64,000 nucleotides of DNA from Balanoglossus misakiensis. Taxonomy: Eukaryota; Animalia; Hemichordata. The stretch's first letter is position 1; each line of letters opens with the position of its first letter. Shown one piece after another: positions 59,953 to 64,000 of the stretch. Location of the stretch: assembly GCA_040954595.2 (NCBI GenBank), contig CM082598.2, forward strand, positions 558,001-622,000. The letters run 5' to 3'. The notes under the pieces were generated by a model. The model was not told the DNA's origin and ran no database searches. It saw nothing but the letters and a program-made list of their open reading frames with translations. The position numbers and the translations under genes are program-made.

Positions 59953-62522
59953 ATGGCGTTGAAAGTGTTGATTGTGTTAGCTGCACTTGGGGTGGCTTGG
60001 CAAGTTGTCACTGGCGTCTCCGGGGCTGGTCTTCTTGTCGACGATTTTGATGAAGAACTGAACGAAGTCGACGGTATTCTGGTGCACGCAGAGAGGTCTT
60101 TGAAAGAAGGCACCAAAGATCAGCGACAGGTTCTTTATTCTGAAACCTCACGCCTGCAACAACAATTTTACCCTGTGGAAACCAACATCCTTCAAGACCA
60201 GACGACAATCGCAGTTAGCGAAGAGGCAACACAGACTCTTTTAGAATATGAGAACTTGTTAGGAACACCTTCGGGTAAGTAGGTTTCTCTCAAACGGCAT
60301 TGTACTTCAAAGTGTGTGTGTGAGTGAAATGTGCATATGATTTTTCGCTTGTTCATAAAGATATATTAAACATGATCCCGTGTTAACACTGTCGATAGTG
60401 TGTGTGGTGTCTATGTGTATTGCCCAAAACGGCGGTTGTTCAGTTGATTCAAATAACCCATACTTGAAATGTGTATTTCTGACATTTTCAGGCTACTCTG
60501 TACCGATCCATCGTAAAGATATGCCTGACACGGCTGCTTACTACGAAATCCACACCAATGAATCGACATGGGTCATAATATCGGCTGGTCTTGCCTCAAG
60601 TGATCTTAGAATGCTACAGTTGGGTGAAGAACTTCCCTCCCCAACGATGAGACTTGATGAAGTTGCCAAGAAAATCGGCGAGGAGTGCTCCAAATATTTC
60701 ATGTTGAACTCAGATGGGTTCATGTTCTGTGAGAACAAAGATGGCACCCTTGTCGGAACGACTATTGACCCCAGCCTCATACACCAGTACTGTGGCAACA
60801 ACACAGATGAAGTGGTAAGTACCAATAAACAGTTGCATGCACACACAAAATGTCTATTGTCGATGTAGAAATGCCCATGTTAACAACTGGCATCTATAGT
60901 TGAGCTGAAACACCATTTGATTTGATTTATCTACAGAGCATGCTCAAAGAGGTTAACCGACAGGCTTGTGACTCCTTGGAAGATTTTAACAGCGAATGGG
61001 AAGAATATGGAAGACAACTAGACGAAGATGGAGACACTGTAGACTACAAATTTATAAGAAAGGAAGATTATTCCAGCATCTATGGATCCGAAACATACGA
61101 ACGTGCATTGACTCCCGGTATGTATGTTAGCAGAACCTGAACATCAGTTTGAAATTAGAGCAAATTGATTGGTCTACTCGAGTCACATGACACATAAATT
61201 AGAGCAAATTGATTGGTCTGCCTGAGTCACATGACACCTAGCGAGCTGACCAAAAATGCAGTTGAGCGGATCTCTTAGTCTGCATGGCAACAAGAATGTA
61301 AGAATTTTCTTTGGCACAGATGAATATGTGCATATTTTAATTGGAGTTGATTGTAATCCTTTACTGCCTTGTTTGTTTTCCAGGAATGGGAATTCGTTTG
61401 AATGTTGGTGAAAGCAGATATGATATTCTCGTCAGATATATCTCATCCAGTGATAACAACACTGAAGAAAGCAATAAGATAGGCCAGAGAAAACTGTGTG
61501 AAATATTGATCGACGCTTGCGAAGGTGACAATCAGTATATCCCCCAACATAAGGTGAAGACATCTAGTTTCGGCGCTCGATATGTAGAGATACGAATGGA
61601 GATAGACTATGAGTATGTTTACAAGGTGTTGGAAGGGGAAGAAATGAGTTTTGAAGTTGTGGTGACTTCAAATGACGGTAAACCCACAATCAGTGCATTT
61701 GGAATTGATCTTAGTGCAGAAATACCCGACCCAGATCAAGAAGGGGCAACAAGTCTTCCGCCGGGATACAGAGACACTGATGAAGATGATGCAGAGAGAC
61801 AGAAAAGAGCTTGGTATGAATACCAATCCTGGTATGCAGGGACTTGGTGTATCCCGTATCTGTCACTGTTCCCAAGATACTGGCAGCATTGGGTTTCTAG
61901 AAAATGCTGGAGTGGTTGTGGGCCTGTTGCCTGGGCAATGGTGTTTGGTTACTATGACAGGGCGGCCCACGCTGGCCACAACCCGGCTTTGCAAGCGCTC
62001 TTCCGGTGCGGCTGGGATGGCACTTCCGGTAGCGACTCGTGCATAGCACCCTCATCGTTGAACACCAAGATGCGGAGATACGTCGAGAAGCTGCGATACA
62101 TCTTGGAGACGTTCTGCTTGTTCAACAGCGGCGCGACATGGCAGTGGCGAATGGATGACATTGAATGTTTCTTTAAAGGCAGAGGTGGTCATTCTGTTTC
62201 GCTGTTGAAAACTGACGGATTGGTCGGCTTCTACAGTAACAGCATTCGTGATTGGGCCTCAGCTCGCATCCGGTACAATAAGCTGCCAGTGGTGATTGGT
62301 CGAAGAGTTGGTGGTTTGTTTTCGCAGCACTATCCCGTGGCTACCTGTTACAACTACGTGTCCTACAAATGGCGTCGTTGCTTCAAGTTCCTGATTTTGA
62401 CCATTTGCGGGCCGTGGCGTACCCAGGTCAATCGTTACTGGAGACTTCAGATGGGATGGGGAGGCTATGGTGATGGTTACTACCCCGCCAAGGCATTCAT
62501 GGCAGCAGTTGCTTATCCATAA
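59953..62522 (+). CDS. Secreted pre-pro-protein with C-terminal papain-fold cysteine peptidase domain (C10 streptopain/C39-like), 4 exons, ~654 aa
   Basis: Exons 59953-60274, 60492-60814, 60937-61117, 61384-62522 (1965 nt, in frame). Signal peptide MALKVLIVLAALGVAWQVVTG; acidic pro-region; RQKR site; CWSGCGPVAWAMVFGYY; QHYPV; LQMGWGGYGDGYY. Gene model is solid, family call is tentative. Confidence 0.75.
61152..61239. repeat. 44-bp tandem duplication in intron 3 of the secreted peptidase gene
   Basis: aaattagagcaaattgattggtct(act c/gcc t)gagtcacatgacac x2. Confidence 0.85.
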
Positions 62523-64000
62523 TATTCACCAGAACCCAAAGTCCTGACTCCACGATTGGCACCAAATATTCATCGTCCCACTTTTGACTTATAATTTCAA
62601 CAGTGTTGATACGAGTGTTAGCTTAAATTTCTGGTGTAGGTGTTATTTGGATTAAATTTATATTTGTTTGTTTTTTGTGGTGGTCTGGTTTGTTGAATGG
62701 AAATATTCCAAATGTCAGTTTTTCTTGGTAATATTTCGAGATCTTAAATAAATTCATTTCAGCATTGAACTCTTCAGTTATGTTCGTCTTTGTTCTGGTT
62801 GGTCGATTTTTGTTCGTAAACTACACGAAAACTAAACATTATACATACATACATACATTGGATATAGAGACACAGATTTTAGAGAAACTGCGCTCAACCA
62901 GTATGTAAATAGTTTTGTGTCAATACGCGATTATACTAAGAAGTAATCGTTCACGTACATCCGTTAGAGGAAGCGGGCCTTTTTGCTGCTGTCACGTGAT
63001 TATAGTGATAAACGTGTAATTATGTGAAAGTTCCTTAGTTGTAGAAACACTTCTGTGAGAGAAAGCAACTGGTGCAGATTACCGTAAATCAATTGCTCAA
63101 GACGATAGTTACTGTAATTTTGTCGAAGTACGTTTCAATCGGCCACATTTATTACGCCGAAGCGACAATAACTGTTTTAGTATCAGCGCCAGGGGCGAAC
63201 ACTGAAACTCTCCCTGCAGCGAGAGAAGCTACTATACCCGCTCGGCGATGTGGTTTGTCGTAGTTCTGTTGCTCTTCGCTGACATCTGTCAAGGTAGGCG
63301 TTTGGTTTCAAGTTCCACGTCCCTCTGAATACTCTCGGCTGGAAGAACATTTCCCAAATGTCCAGTTTTAGTTCTGGGGTGTTATAGCATAGCTTCTGTG
63401 CAAAGCACACGTCGTTCGCGAACATTTCTAAATCTCATTATTATCCTCCAGATATTTTTTTCATTTCTCTGTGTGTCTCTTACACACACACTCGATCATT
63501 TGAAATTGTTGGTAATGTCAAATGACGTTTAGCTAAAAGCAAATCACTGCTTTTAATCATAATGCGCCCCTTTTGTACTCATCAAGGACCATTATTGATC
63601 CCAATTTAATATTTAAGTAAATTAATCACGCACAGTTGGTTTTATTCATAGTATTCAGTCACGTATAATATGTCTCAAACCTTTCGCTGAAAGTTTAACG
63701 CACAATTATTCATTAGAATGAGCATTTTCTTCGAAAACAAGAAGGTTATTTGACTGTGTTCGCCATGTTGCCATGACATGTACACAAGCCCGAGAATCTC
63801 CAGAATTTGTTCATGTGTTTATGTACATTAACACTCTTCAGTACACGGTTTGCCAATCATGTACATTGCATTCCCTGTAAACGTATATATCAGCACAGTT
63901 CATTAGAACACCTTGCAAGAAAATGAATAAACTACGCGGGTTTATTTCGGTCAAAGGTTTTTGAACTCACTTTGCCCCAACTGAGTTCACCAGCAAGGAC

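Noticed and set aside
63183-63425. 80-aa minus-strand ORF near the window end
   Set aside because: No recognisable motif or clear splice sites; cannot be supported
1-64000. CRISPR arrays, tRNA/rRNA, U12-type introns, autonomous transposase or RT ORFs
   Set aside because: No repeat-spacer periodicity, no recognisable structural RNA, all modelled introns are GT-AG without the GTATCC/ATATCC donor, and no transposase/RT motifs in the ORF track

Overview
AT-rich, intron-rich animal genomic DNA, most plausibly a marine invertebrate deuterostome (hemichordate/echinoderm/amphioxus grade; this is inference). Exons were assembled by hand from GT-AG boundaries and frame continuity. The window holds the 3' end of an NHL-repeat gene; PYROXD1 (-, 13 exons); an Rv2258c-like SAM methyltransferase (-); a LIPA/gastric-type acid lipase (-) head-to-head with ARID2 (+, 19 exons); PRELID2 (+); three single-coding-exon C2H2 zinc-finger genes; a RERG/RERGL-like small GTPase; and a secreted pro-protein with a streptopain (C10)/C39-like cysteine-protease domain. 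Several short TIR elements (MITEs) and intronic hairpins are present. Two leads stand out. (1) A divergent gene pair on one promoter: a Pegasus/Ikaros-like factor (3 DNA-binding fingers, an RRKQxxP motif and C-terminal dimerisation fingers) and a partner with only the dimerisation fingers, a candidate genome-encoded decoy/co-factor. (2) An intron-containing, bacterial-type cysteine-protease zymogen with a furin-type site. No rRNA, tRNA or CRISPR was recognised. All family assignments come from remembered motifs, not database searches.
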